A stretch of 33,707 nucleotides of DNA from an uncultured Sphingomonadaceae bacterium (lineage in GTDB: Bacteria > Pseudomonadota > Alphaproteobacteria > Sphingomonadales > Sphingomonadaceae). The notes beneath the pieces are model-generated. The model was not told the origin of the DNA. It worked only from the letters and a program-made list of their open reading frames with translations, and ran no database searches. Below, piece after piece: positions 18,423-28,129 of this stretch. A program made the position numbers and the translations under genes. Position 1 is the first letter of the stretch; the number at the start of each line of letters is the position of its first letter. The DNA is taken from contig CAXTPH010000001.1 of NCBI GenBank assembly GCA_964245955.1, positions 1 through 33,707 on the forward strand, in the 5' to 3' direction.

Positions 18423-19931
18423 ATGACGCTCACGAGCCGCACCTTCCAGCGCCTTGTCTTCGCCGCGATGGGGCTGGGCGTGCTGCTGCTGCTGCTCGCC
18501 GGCTGGGCGCTGGTGTCGGCGACCAACGAGGACCATTACCGTCGCGGCCTCGTCACCCACACCTATGAGGTCGAACGCGCGCTCGACACCTTCACCATCC
18601 TCACCGAACAGCTCGAGACCGCGCGGCGCGGCTATCTCCTCTGGCACCGCGAGAATGCGCTGGTGAACTATAAGAAGACCACGTCGCAGATCCCGAGCCA
18701 GCTCGACTATCTCGCCCGCCTCACCCGCGACAACGCTTCGCAGCAGGCCCGCCTGATCGGGCTGCGCAGCGAGGCCGAGGCGCACCGCGCATCGGCGCGG
18801 CAGACGATCGAGCGGCTGCAAAGCACCAATCCCGCGGTACGGGCGATGGCCGATTTTTCGGTCGACGCGAGCTTCAGCTCGATGCGCGAACTGCGCGACC
18901 GGACGCTGGCGATGAAGGCGGAGGAACGCCGCCTGCTCAGCCTCCGGCTCGCCGACGAGGACCGCGCCACGACCGAACTCAACTATGCCCTCGCCGCGCT
19001 CGGGGTCCTGATCGCCGGGTTGATGGGCGGGACGTTGTGGGTCGTGCTGCGCTACACCAGCGACCTCAACCGCGCACAGGAGTCGCTGCGCGCGCTCAAC
19101 ACCGGTCTCGAGGGGGCCGTCGCCGCGCGCACGACCGAGCTCAGCCGCGCCAACGGCGAAATCCAGCGCTTCGCCTATATCGTCAGCCACGACCTGCGCT
19201 CGCCCCTGGTCAACGTCATGGGCTTCACCGCCGAACTCGAGGCGGCGATCGGTCCGCTGACCGCGCTCGCCGACCGGGTCGACGCGGATGCCCCGGCGCT
19301 GATGGACAAGCAGGCGCGCGAGGCGCTGGCCGACCTGCCCGAGGCGATCGGCTTCATCCGCACCTCGACGAGCAAGATGGACCGGCTGATCAATGCCATC
19401 CTGCGGCTGTCGCGCGAAGGCCGGCGGACGCTGGCCCCGGCGCCGGTCGACCTCGTCGCGCTCGCCGGCTCGATCCGCGACAGCCTGCAGTTCCGGCTCG
19501 GCGAACTCGGGGCCGAAATCATGGTCGAGGCGCCGATGCCGCCGATCGTCAGCGACCGCCTCGCGCTCGAACAGATCCTGTCGAACCTGATCGAGAACGC
19601 GACCAAGTACCTCCAGCCCGACCGCCCCGGGCGGATCGTGGTCCGCGCGCGACACGAGGGCGACACGGTCGCCGGGCGGGTGATCATCGACGTCGCCGAC
19701 AACGGCCGGGGGATCGCGCCGGCCGATCACGAACGCATCTTCGAGCTGTTTCGCCGTTCGGGCGTGCAGGACCAGCCCGGCGAGGGACTCGGCCTTGCCC
19801 ACGTCCGCGCGCTATCGTATCGACTCGGCGGCGTGGTCACCTGTATTTCCGAGCTTGGTGAAGGGGCGACGTTTCGACTATCGCTGCCCGATGTCCTGAA
19901 GCCCGAACCGCGCGAGGGGGTCGCCGCATGA
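18423..19931 (+). CDS. CHASE3-domain sensor histidine kinase
   Basis: TM-CHASE3 (VTHTYEV, ETARRGYLL)-TM architecture, H-box FAYIVSHDLRSPL, N-box NLIENATKY, DNGRGI and GEGLGL. Confidence 0.93.
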   Translation: MTLTSRTFQRLVFAAMGLGVLLLLLAGWALVSATNEDHYRRGLVTHTYEVERALDTFTILTEQLETARRGYLLWHRENALVNYKKTTSQIPSQLDYLARLTRDNASQQARLIGLRSEAEAHRASARQTIERLQSTNPAVRAMADFSVDASFSSMRELRDRTLAMKAEERRLLSLRLADEDRATTELNYALAALGVLIAGLMGGTLWVVLRYTSDLNRAQESLRALNTGLEGAVAARTTELSRANGEIQRFAYIVSHDLRSPLVNVMGFTAELEAAIGPLTALADRVDADAPALMDKQAREALADLPEAIGFIRTSTSKMDRLINAILRLSREGRRTLAPAPVDLVALAGSIRDSLQFRLGELGAEIMVEAPMPPIVSDRLALEQILSNLIENATKYLQPDRPGRIVVRARHEGDTVAGRVIIDVADNGRGIAPADHERIFELFRRSGVQDQPGEGLGLAHVRALSYRLGGVVTCISELGEGATFRLSLPDVLKPEPREGVAA

Positions 19932-20368
19932 GCGAACATAGCGTCAACATCATCATGGTCGAGGATGACGAAGGTCATGCCCGGCTGATCGAGAAGAACA
20001 TTCGCCGCGCCGGCATCGCCAACGGCATCCGTCATTTCGTCAACGGCACCGCCGCGCTCGACTATCTGTTCAACGCCCCCGACGGTCCGCGGAAGAACGG
20101 CCCGGCGCTGATCCTGCTCGATCTCAACCTGCCCGACATGAGCGGCATCGACGTCCTCGGCAAGATCAAGAGCGACGAGCGGCTCAAGCGGACGCCGGTG
20201 GTGGTGTTGACGACGACCGACGACAAGCAGGAAATCCAGCGCTGCTACGACCTCGGCGCGAACGTCTACATTACCAAGCCGGTCAATTACGAGAACTTCG
20301 CCCGCGCGATCCAGCAGCTCGGGCTGTTCCTGTCGGTCATCCAGGTGCCCGAGGTCGGCAACGAGTGA
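19928..20368 (+). CDS. Single-domain response regulator (Rcp1-like)
   Basis: VEDD, LILLDLNLPD, VVVLTTTD and GANVYITKP. Confidence 0.95.
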   Translation: MSEHSVNIIMVEDDEGHARLIEKNIRRAGIANGIRHFVNGTAALDYLFNAPDGPRKNGPALILLDLNLPDMSGIDVLGKIKSDERLKRTPVVVLTTTDDKQEIQRCYDLGANVYITKPVNYENFARAIQQLGLFLSVIQVPEVGNE

Positions 20369-21399
20369 GCGAACAGCCCCGCGTCCTGTATATCGACGAC
20401 GACGAAGGTCTGTGCCGCCTCGTCACGCGCGCGCTCGGCCGGCGCGGCTATGACGTGACCTTCAGCACCGACGGCGAGAAGGGCCACGCCGTCGCGCGCG
20501 ACGGACATTTCGACCTGATCGCGGTCGATCACTACATGCCGACCTTTGACGGCATCCGCACGCTCGAGGCGCTCAAGACGCTGCCGGTCGTGCCGCCGAT
20601 CATCTACGTCACCGGGTCGGAGGAGAGCCGGATCGCGGTCGCCGCGCTCAAGGCGGGCGCGATCGACTATGTCGTCAAGACCGTCGGCGACGACTTCTTC
20701 GACCTGCTGACCAACGCGTTCGACACCGCGCTCAACGCGGTCGCGCTCAAGGCGCAGAAGGCCGAGGCCGAAAACGCACTGCGGGCGTCGAACGCGCGGC
20801 TCGAGGCGCTGCTCCACGAGGTCAACCACCGCGTCGCCAACTCGCTCCAGCTCGTCTCGGCGTTCATCCACATGCAGGCGCGCGCGCTGTCCGACCCCGC
20901 CGCCAAGGCCGCGCTCGCCGACACGCAGGCGCGGATCACCGCGATCGCGCAGGTCCACAAGCGGCTCTACACCTCCGACGACGTCGCGGGCGTGGCGATG
21001 GACGACTATCTCGCCGCGCTCGTCGCCGAGCTCGAGGCGACGTGGTCGACGCCGTCGTCGCCGCGCGCATTACGCCTCCTCGCCGACCCGATCCGCCTCG
21101 CCACCGACCGCGCGGTGTCGCTCGGGGTGATCGTCAACGAGCTCGTCAGCAACGCGTGCAAATACGCCTATCCGGCAGGTTCAGCGGGTGAAATCCGCAT
21201 CCAGCTCGCGCGCGACGGCGACAGCGAATTCGTCCTCAAGGTCGAGGACGACGGCGCCGGCCTGCCCGAATCGATGGCGCCGAAGGGCACCGGCGTCGGC
21301 ACCAAGCTGATCGGCGCGATGGCGGCGAGCCTCGGGTCGTCGCTGGTCTACGACAGCGCCTATACCGGGGTCCGCGCGACGCTGCGCGCGGCGGTTTAG
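20365..21399 (+). CDS. Receiver plus HisKA_2 histidine kinase
   Basis: N-terminal REC domain (YIDDD, VDHYMP, DYVVK), then EVNHRVANSLQ, VNELVSNACKYA and VEDDGAG. Confidence 0.92.
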   Translation: MSEQPRVLYIDDDEGLCRLVTRALGRRGYDVTFSTDGEKGHAVARDGHFDLIAVDHYMPTFDGIRTLEALKTLPVVPPIIYVTGSEESRIAVAALKAGAIDYVVKTVGDDFFDLLTNAFDTALNAVALKAQKAEAENALRASNARLEALLHEVNHRVANSLQLVSAFIHMQARALSDPAAKAALADTQARITAIAQVHKRLYTSDDVAGVAMDDYLAALVAELEATWSTPSSPRALRLLADPIRLATDRAVSLGVIVNELVSNACKYAYPAGSAGEIRIQLARDGDSEFVLKVEDDGAGLPESMAPKGTGVGTKLIGAMAASLGSSLVYDSAYTGVRATLRAAV

Positions 21400-21504
21400 A
21401 GCGACCGCGCCGGCGGTATCGCTGGGTCGGGCGGCGCTGAACCCGTAGCAAAGCTGTCGCTTGGGGAGTTTAGGGTGCACTGCACCACGAACGGAGTTCC
21501 ACCG

Positions 21505-22071
21505 ATGCGCCTGCCCCTGATCGCCCCCGCCGACCTGACCGCCGAGCAGAAGCCGCTTTACGACGACATGCGCACGGGCATCGCCAGCAACTTCAACGCG
21601 TTCAAGGTCGAGCGCGACGACGGCGCGCTGATGGGGCCGTGGAACCCATGGCTCCACGAACCGGCGATCGGCAAGGCGATCTGGGACCTGACGCTGGCGA
21701 TGACGGCGCAGGCGGTGCTGCCCGACAACGTCCGCCAAATCGTCATCCTCGTCGTCGGCGCGCGGTTCGATGCGGCGTACGAGCTCTACGCGCACATCGC
21801 CGTCGCCGAGAAGGAAGGGATGTCGGCCGAGCGCCTCGCGACGATCACCGCCGACCTCAAGCCGGTCGACCTGTCGGCGGACGAAAGCATCGCCTTCGAC
21901 CTCGCCTTCGCGCTGGTTCGCGGTGGCGTCCTCCCCGAGCCGATCTACGCGCTGGCGCGTCGGACCTTCGGCCAGCACGCGCTCAACGAGATGATCTACC
22001 TCGTCGGCCTCTACAGCCTCGTCTCGACGACGCTCAACGGCTTCAACGTGCCGGTGCCCGAGCGTGAATAA
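21505..22071 (+). CDS. Carboxymuconolactone decarboxylase (CMD/AhpD-like) family protein
   Basis: MRLPLIAP..LTAEQK, GALMGPWNPWL, RQIVILVVG...AYELYAH and LVGLYSLVSTTLNGF. GGAG RBS. Confidence 0.8.
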   Translation: MRLPLIAPADLTAEQKPLYDDMRTGIASNFNAFKVERDDGALMGPWNPWLHEPAIGKAIWDLTLAMTAQAVLPDNVRQIVILVVGARFDAAYELYAHIAVAEKEGMSAERLATITADLKPVDLSADESIAFDLAFALVRGGVLPEPIYALARRTFGQHALNEMIYLVGLYSLVSTTLNGFNVPVPERE

Positions 22072-23224
22072 GACGACCGCGCCCTGCGACACGGCGCGGC
22101 CGAACGGCACGCCGTTCGAAAGCGTCGCGCTGCTGCTCCAGGGCGGCGGCGCGCTCGGGGCGTATCAGGCGGGGGTGTACGAGGCGCTGATCGAGCACGG
22201 CATCCGCCCGACCTGGGTCGCCGGCATCTCGATCGGCGCGATCAACTCGGCGATCATCGCGGGGAACGACGCCGACTGCATCGCCAAGCTGCGCGGTTTC
22301 TGGGAGCTGGTCAGCGACGCGGGCGACGGCGGCTGGAGCAACTTCTGGTCGGGGCTGCTGACCGGCGACGCCGCGCGCGGCTGGATCAACCAGCTCGCGG
22401 CGGGGCAGATCATGACGGCCGGCGTGCCCGGCTTCTTCACCCCGCGCCTGCCCCCGCCGTATCTCGCCCCGAACGGATCGGCGGCGGCGACGAGCTGGTA
22501 CGATACCGCGGCGCTCAAGGCGTCGCTCGAACGCTTCGTCGACTTCGACCGGATCAACGCCAAGGCGACCCGCTTCTCGGTCGGCGCGGTCAACGTCCGC
22601 ACCGGCAACTTCGCCTATTTCGACAACGCGACCGACACGATCCGACCCGAACATATCATGGCATCGGGCGCGCTGCCCCCGGCGTTTCCCGCGGTCGAGA
22701 TCGACGGCGAGTTCTATTGGGACGGCGGCATGGTGTCGAACACCCCGCTCGACTGGGTGCTGTCGTCGCGCTCCGACCTCGACACCCTCGTCCTCCAGGT
22801 CGACCTGTGGAGCGCGCGCGGCGACCTGCCGCGCGACCTGAGCGAAGTCACGGTCCGGATGAAGGAAGTCCAGTATTCGAGCCGGACGCGCGCCGCGACC
22901 GACGCCTTCCGCAAGACGCAGAAGCTGCGCGCGGTGTTCAACGACCTGTTGAAAAAGCTGCCGCCCGAGCTGGCGGCGTCCGACGAGGCGAAGATCCTCG
23001 CCGACGCGTCGGACCCGTCGGTATTCAACATCGTCCAGCTGATCTACCGCTCGCCGACGTACGAGGGGCAGTCGAAGGACTATGAATTCTCGCGGCGGAC
23101 GATGGAGGAGCATTGGGCGGCGGGCTACCGTGACGCCCGCACGACGCTCGCCCACCCCGAGATCCTCCGCCTGCCCGCCGCCGCGCACGGCGTCGACGTC
23201 TACGATTTCACCAGCAAGGATTGA
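22064..23224 (+). CDS. Patatin-like phospholipase with DUF3734-type C-terminus
   Basis: [18 protein letters not shown] nucleophile elbow, WDGG and C-terminal [18 protein letters not shown]. Confidence 0.92.
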   Translation: MNKTTAPCDTARPNGTPFESVALLLQGGGALGAYQAGVYEALIEHGIRPTWVAGISIGAINSAIIAGNDADCIAKLRGFWELVSDAGDGGWSNFWSGLLTGDAARGWINQLAAGQIMTAGVPGFFTPRLPPPYLAPNGSAAATSWYDTAALKASLERFVDFDRINAKATRFSVGAVNVRTGNFAYFDNATDTIRPEHIMASGALPPAFPAVEIDGEFYWDGGMVSNTPLDWVLSSRSDLDTLVLQVDLWSARGDLPRDLSEVTVRMKEVQYSSRTRAATDAFRKTQKLRAVFNDLLKKLPPELAASDEAKILADASDPSVFNIVQLIYRSPTYEGQSKDYEFSRRTMEEHWAAGYRDARTTLAHPEILRLPAAAHGVDVYDFTSKD

Positions 23225-23229
23225 TCGCC

Positions 23230-24012
23230 ATGAACCTCAACGGCAAGGTCGCCGTCGTCACCGGCGCCGCGAGCGGCATCGGCAAGGACATCGCCAAGGT
23301 CTATCTCGCGGCGGGCGCCAAGGTCGCGATCGCCGACCTCAACATCGACGCCGCCAACGCCACCGCGCTCGAGTTCGACCCCTCGGGCGAGAACGCGATC
23401 GGCGTGGCGATGGACGTGACGCAGGAGGACCAGGTCGACGCCGGCATCGAAGCCGTCGTCGCCAAGTTCGGCGGGATCGACATCCTCGTGTCGAACGCCG
23501 GCATCCAGATCGTCGCGCCGATCGTCGACTATAAGTTCGCCGACTGGAAGAAGATGCTCGCGATCCACCTCGACGGCGCGTTTTTGACGACCAAGGCGTG
23601 CCTCAAGCACATGGTCGCGCAGGGGCGCGGCGGCAGCGTGATCTACATGGGGTCGGTGCACTCGAAGGAGGCGTCGAAGCTCAAGTCGGCGTATGTCGCG
23701 GCGAAGCACGGGCTGATCGGCCTCGCCAAGGTCGTCGCCAAGGAAGGCGCCGAACACAAGGTCCGCGCCAATGTCATCTGCCCCGGCTTCGTCCGCACCC
23801 CGCTCGTCGAGAAGCAGATCCCCGAACAGGCGAAGGCCCTCGGCATTTCCGAGGACGACGTCGTCAAGAAGGTCATGCTGGTCGAGACCGTTGACGGCGA
23901 ATTCACCACCGTCGACGACGTCGCCCAGACCGCGCTGTTCCTCGCCGCCTTCCCGTCGAACGCGCTGACCGGGCAGAGCATCGTCGTCAGCCACGGCTGG
24001 TTCATGCAGTGA
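23230..24012 (+). CDS. bdhA: D-3-hydroxybutyrate dehydrogenase
   Basis: [38 protein letters not shown] and [14 protein letters not shown], including the HBDH-type Q, H, K and Q residues. Confidence 0.9.
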   Translation: MNLNGKVAVVTGAASGIGKDIAKVYLAAGAKVAIADLNIDAANATALEFDPSGENAIGVAMDVTQEDQVDAGIEAVVAKFGGIDILVSNAGIQIVAPIVDYKFADWKKMLAIHLDGAFLTTKACLKHMVAQGRGGSVIYMGSVHSKEASKLKSAYVAAKHGLIGLAKVVAKEGAEHKVRANVICPGFVRTPLVEKQIPEQAKALGISEDDVVKKVMLVETVDGEFTTVDDVAQTALFLAAFPSNALTGQSIVVSHGWFMQ

Positions 24013-25286
24013 ACGATCGCCTGCCGGCGACGTCGGCGCGCCGGGTCCTGCTCGCCAGCCTCGTCGGCACCACCGTCGAATTCTACGACTTCTACATCTA
24101 CGCTACCGCCGCGAGCCTCGTCTTCGGACCCCTGTTCTTCCCGGCGTCGTCGCCGTCGGCGCAGCTGCTCGCCGCTTATGCGAGCTTCGGGCTGGCGTTC
24201 GTCGCGCGTCCGGTCGGTGCGGCGATCTTCGGGCATTACGGCGACCGGATCGGGCGCAAGTCGACGCTCGTCGCCTCGCTGCTGCTGATGGGCGGATCGA
24301 CGACCGCGATCGCCTTCCTGCCGACCTATGCGACGATCGGCTGGGCCGCCCCGGCCTTGCTCTGCCTGCTGCGCGTCGGCCAGGGCCTCGGCCTCGGCGG
24401 CGAGTGGGGCGGCGCGGCGCTGCTTGCGGTCGAAAACGCGCCGCCGGGGTGGCGCGGGCGGTTCGGCATGGTGCCGCAGCTCGGCGCGCCGCTCGGCTTC
24501 TTCATCGCCAACGGGCTATTCCTGCTGCTTGGCCTCGCGCTGACCCCGGCACAGTTCCACGATTGGGGCTGGCGGTTGCCGTTCCTCGCCAGCGCCGCGC
24601 TCGTCGCCGTCGGCCTGTGGGTGCGGCTCAAGCTGACCGAGACCCCCGCCTTCGCCGCGGTCATCGCCCGCGGCGTGCCGACCGAGACGCCGTTCGGCGT
24701 CATGCTCCGCCGCCATCTGGCGCCGACAATCGCCGGGACCTTCGGCGTCGTCGCCTGCTTCGTCGTCTATTATCTCGCGACCGCCTTCGCGCTCGGGTAC
24801 GGCACGACGACGCTCGGCTATGCGCGGACGATTTTTCTCGAGCTGCAATTGGCGGCGATCGGCTTCATGGCGATCGGGATCGTCGTCGCCGGTACCCTGT
24901 CGGACCGGTTCAGCCCGCGCGCGGTGCTGATCGGCGGCTGCACCGGCGCGGTCGGCGTCGGGCTGCTGCTGGCACCGCTGCTCGGAAGCGGCTCGCCGCA
25001 GCTCGTCTTTGTCTTTCTCGCGCTTGCGCTGTTGGCGATGGGCTTCGTCTACGGCCCGCTCGGCGCGTGGCTGCCCGGCCTGTTCCCGGCCGACGTGCGC
25101 TACACCGGCGCGTCGATGGCGTTCAACATCGGTGGTGTCCTCGGCGGTGCGCTGACTCCGTTCGCCGCCCAGGCGATGGCCGATCGCGGCGGGCTCGGCG
25201 CGGTCGGCCTGTACCTCGTCGCGGCGGCAGCGATCAGCCTCGTGGCAATCGTCGCCCTGCGTTCCCCTGCGGCGCGGCAACGATAG
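24009..25286 (+). CDS. MFS transporter, metabolite:H+ symporter family
   Basis: [43 protein letters not shown] and RYTGAS. Confidence 0.93.
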   Translation: MNDRLPATSARRVLLASLVGTTVEFYDFYIYATAASLVFGPLFFPASSPSAQLLAAYASFGLAFVARPVGAAIFGHYGDRIGRKSTLVASLLLMGGSTTAIAFLPTYATIGWAAPALLCLLRVGQGLGLGGEWGGAALLAVENAPPGWRGRFGMVPQLGAPLGFFIANGLFLLLGLALTPAQFHDWGWRLPFLASAALVAVGLWVRLKLTETPAFAAVIARGVPTETPFGVMLRRHLAPTIAGTFGVVACFVVYYLATAFALGYGTTTLGYARTIFLELQLAAIGFMAIGIVVAGTLSDRFSPRAVLIGGCTGAVGVGLLLAPLLGSGSPQLVFVFLALALLAMGFVYGPLGAWLPGLFPADVRYTGASMAFNIGGVLGGALTPFAAQAMADRGGLGAVGLYLVAAAAISLVAIVALRSPAARQR

Positions 25287-25290
25287 AAAG

Positions 25291-25337
25291 TGGTGCGCCC
25301 GGCTGGGTTCGAACCAGCGACCTCAGGATTAGAAGTC
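25291..25337 (-). repeat. att site: displaced 3' half of tRNA-Arg(TCT)
   Basis: Minus strand GACTTCTAATCCTGAGGTCGCTGGTTCGAACCCAGCCGGGCGCACCA has the anticodon loop, T arm and CCA. No D arm or 5' acceptor strand lies upstream. It is adjacent to the integrase. Confidence 0.88.
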
Positions 25338-25450
25338 GCAAGTCCGCTCGTGTCATATGGGCCATGGTAATCATGCAGCAACAATTTCAGCGGTTTGGGA
25401 TATTTTGTGTCCCTTCTTTGTCTCATGTTGAATCATACAGCCTCTTGACC

Positions 25451-25471
25451 CGTGCCACAGGCGTGCCACAG
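25451..25471 (+). repeat. Tandem 10-bp repeat CGTGCCACAG x2 (candidate integrase arm-type sites)
   Basis: CGTGCCACAG-G-CGTGCCACAG lies between att and the integrase start, directly after TTGACC. Confidence 0.65.
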
Positions 25472-25509
25472 CTTTCCTCCAGACGACCTCGAGACTGGGA
25501 TCCTATTAG

Positions 25510-26817
25510 ATGGCGACTGTGAAGTTAACCGATACGTACATTAAGGCCCTACCGACCCCGGAAAAGCGCACTCAAATCAGTGACGGGCGCGCGCCCAACC
25601 TTGTCCTCATACTCTTCCCTTCAGGAGCTCGTGTCTGGTACTGGCGCGGTCGGATTGAGGGATCGATCGCGTCGATCAAACTTGGCCCCTACCCCGATCA
25701 CTCTCTTATCGAAGCCCGGGCCTGGGCGGCCGAGCAACGCAAGCTTCGCGCGGTGGGAGAAAACCCGGCGGCGAAGCTCAAGGCCGCGCGCGCGAAGAAA
25801 GTCGCCGAGCTCGTCGATCAAGCGCGAACCGTCGACGCCATCTGGGCGATCTATTTCGATCGGCATGTCTCGAAGCTTAAGGACGCAAACAACCAACGCG
25901 CCAAGTACGTAAATGAGCTGAAGCCCATTATCGGGCGTCGTCCGATATCTTCCATAACCTATGACGAACTCGTCGACATCGTTTTGGCCAAGGGGGCACG
26001 ATATCCGATCGCGGCAAATAGACTTCACGCACTGATTTCAGCGTTTTTGCGATGGGCCCGGACACAAGGAAAACTTGAAAGCGGTCTAACGCAGAACGTG
26101 TATCTCGAAGCACAAAAGCCGTTTCGTGAGGGATCACGGGAACGCTACCTCTCGGACGAAGAAATCGTGTGGCTCTATCGCGCGCTCGATCTCGAAACGC
26201 AGCAAGTGCGGTCGATGTACCGCCTCCTCCTCCTTACGGGAACCCGCCGGTCCGAAGTCGCAAGAATGGAGCGTCGCGAGATCGACTTGGCGGCGAAACT
26301 CTGGACGATTCCAGGCGCTCGGACCAAGAACGGCATCGAACATCTCGTCCCCCTATCGACAGAGGCGAAGCTTGAGATCGATATCTTGATGCGGGCGACG
26401 AACGACCATCGCTGGCTATTCCCATCGATGGCGCGAATCGATCACGACGAGGAGGGCGATGAGGAAAAGGGAGTCGAAAACCCCATGTCGGGCTTCTCCC
26501 GGTTTCAGCGGCGCATTCGCCGAAACATGAGCAAGCTTGCGCTAGTCGATTACCCGCGCGCCGATCCAAAGACTGTGATACCGAATTGGGTTGTGCATGA
26601 TCTCAGACGGACCGCGGCAACGGTGATGGGGCAGGAACGCCTCGGTGGACGCGCCGAACATATCGAAGCCGCGATAAACCACATCTCAGGGACCAAGAAG
26701 GGTGTTGCGGGGCGCTACAACCGCAACGACTACCTCGCCGAGAAACGCGAGTTGCTCCTCCGCTATGGAGCGCTGATCACCACAATCACGCGGCGACTGT
26801 GGCCATCCACGCTTTGA
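25510..26817 (+). CDS. Tyrosine integrase, P4-like with arm-binding domain
   Basis: N-terminal KLTDTYIKAL...SGARVW...IKLGPYP..SLIEAR. Catalytic residues are intact: R (TGTRRSE), K (RTKNG), HDLRR, H (INHISG) and Y (GRYNR). Confidence 0.96.
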   Translation: MATVKLTDTYIKALPTPEKRTQISDGRAPNLVLILFPSGARVWYWRGRIEGSIASIKLGPYPDHSLIEARAWAAEQRKLRAVGENPAAKLKAARAKKVAELVDQARTVDAIWAIYFDRHVSKLKDANNQRAKYVNELKPIIGRRPISSITYDELVDIVLAKGARYPIAANRLHALISAFLRWARTQGKLESGLTQNVYLEAQKPFREGSRERYLSDEEIVWLYRALDLETQQVRSMYRLLLLTGTRRSEVARMERREIDLAAKLWTIPGARTKNGIEHLVPLSTEAKLEIDILMRATNDHRWLFPSMARIDHDEEGDEEKGVENPMSGFSRFQRRIRRNMSKLALVDYPRADPKTVIPNWVVHDLRRTAATVMGQERLGGRAEHIEAAINHISGTKKGVAGRYNRNDYLAEKRELLLRYGALITTITRRLWPSTL

Positions 26818-26989
26818 TCTCGGCCTCGACGAAGGCGATCCGCTGCGGTCCGAGGCGCCGCGCTTGGGGGAACTGCCCCGAGGCGCGGTAGCGGTTGAGG
26901 GTGGCGCGCGACAGGGTGGTAAGTTCTGACACTTGGCGGACGGTCAAGAAACGGTCGGGGTCGGCGATTCGGGAGGTCGGGGTCGGCAT
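26786..26989 (-). CDS. AlpA-family excisionase / regulator
   Basis: DRFLTVRQVSELTTLSRATLNRYRASGQFPQARRLGPQRIAFVEAEIKAW. AAAGGA RBS. Convergent with the integrase. Confidence 0.92.
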   Translation of the reverse strand: MPTPTSRIADPDRFLTVRQVSELTTLSRATLNRYRASGQFPQARRLGPQRIAFVEAEIKAWMATVAA

Positions 26990-27083
26990 TCGTCTCGTCC
27001 TTTCCCCAGTTTATGCCCGATCGCGGATAGCGAAGTAACTATTTAGATTGGCCTCTTAATCCCGAGAATTTTTTCCACTTTGG

Positions 27084-27335
27084 TTATCGGCCCGAAGTCG
27101 CGTGCGCCGCGGGTGCACTGGCCCCGACAAGCCTGACGAAGTCATCAAACGCCGGCGCGTCATAGCCCGGTGTCTGCCGATGGTAACAGCGACAGTCGAA
27201 CCAGAACCGGTCGAGGTCGGTCCGGGTCGCCTCGAGAGCGGTGACAAGCGCCTCGCCGATCGCGCGATCGCTCACCGGATCATGCGGCGCGACGCCCAGC
27301 CGCGAGAGCAGGGCCGTCGTCAACGCGGTCGCGTA
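27084..27335 (-). pseudogene. Fragment resembling the C-terminal part of SelO/YdiU protein adenylyltransferase
   Basis: YATALTTALLSRLGVAPHDPVSDRAI...LDRFWFD...GYDAPAF recalls the RLGV...D...DRFFFD segment of sphingomonad YdiU. It is GC-rich, lacks a convincing start and is recognised from memory only. Confidence 0.5.
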
Positions 27336-27361
27336 TCAACGCGAAACGTGGAGATGCCGCT

Positions 27362-28056
27362 AGCATCAACCGTAAGCAGACGCAGGGCTGTATCGCGAGG
27401 AAGGCTTGACGGCGCGACGTCGGGGAGGGACGACGGCGTGCCGTAGGCGCGCGGGCACTGGCTCCCGTGCTGGCCTTACACAACCAGCGGTGGAGCCTCG
27501 ACTTCGTCCACATCCAGTTCGCCAACGGGCGGAGCTTTTGCGTGCTGAACTTCGTCCGTGACGTGACGTGCGAGTGTCTGGCGGCGGTGCTCGATACCTC
27601 AATCTCGTGCCGGCGAGTGGTTCGCGAGCTGGGTGATCTGATCGTTAGGTGCGGCGCACCCGGGCTAATCGTCACCGACAACGGAACCGAACCGACATCG
27701 AACGCGGTGCTGGCCGGGTGTGGCGTTGTCGGTGTTGAGTAGTAGAACATCGCGCCGGGCGGCCACGCAGAAGGGGTTCGTTAAAAGCTTCAACGGTCGC
27801 ATGCTTGACGAGCTTTTCAACGAGACGCTGTTTTCACGTTCGGCCAGGCCAAGGCGATTCTTGCCCGCTGGGATCGAGGATTATCACTCCGAACGGTCGC
27901 GGTCGTCGCTGGGTTACGCCACCCCGGCGGCATTCGCCGACGGCCTCCAAAAGGCAACGGGCGGGGTTAACGCCGTCCGTTGCTTCGCCGGGGCTCATGC
28001 GCGAGACCACCAACCGGTCTCTGATTGCCGCCGGATGAAAAGCGGGGATCCCGTCA
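27362..28056 (+). mobile_element. Degenerate IS3-family element (OrfB 3' part and right end)
   Basis: INRKQT/LYREEGL, NQRWSLDFV, RECLA-like CECLA, VTDNGTE, SFNGRMLDE and SSLGYATP, broken by stops (TAGTAG near 27740) and frameshifts. It ends GGATGAAAAGCGGGGATCCCGTCA. Confidence 0.9.
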
Positions 28057-28129
28057 ACGGGTCTTTGGAGGGGCGGGTGATCTCCGCGCTCCAGCATCAG
28101 TAAACTGTCGAGAGCTCGGTTACCCAACT

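Noticed and set aside
21401-21423. Intrinsic terminator after the kinase operon
   Set aside because: A GC hairpin is possible but there is no U-tract, so support is insufficient.
5269-24236. Long alternative-frame and antisense ORFs (e.g. 5269-7068, 10238-11533, 15441-17441, 15478-17070, 18387-19802, 22043-23188)
   Set aside because: These are Arg/Pro/Ala-rich or mirror-frame shadows of well-supported genes, expected in high-GC DNA.
25291-25370. Complete tRNA-Arg(TCT) gene
   Set aside because: The 5' anticodon stem reads TGCGA instead of the required CAGGA, and there is no D arm or 5' acceptor strand. Only the 3' half is present.
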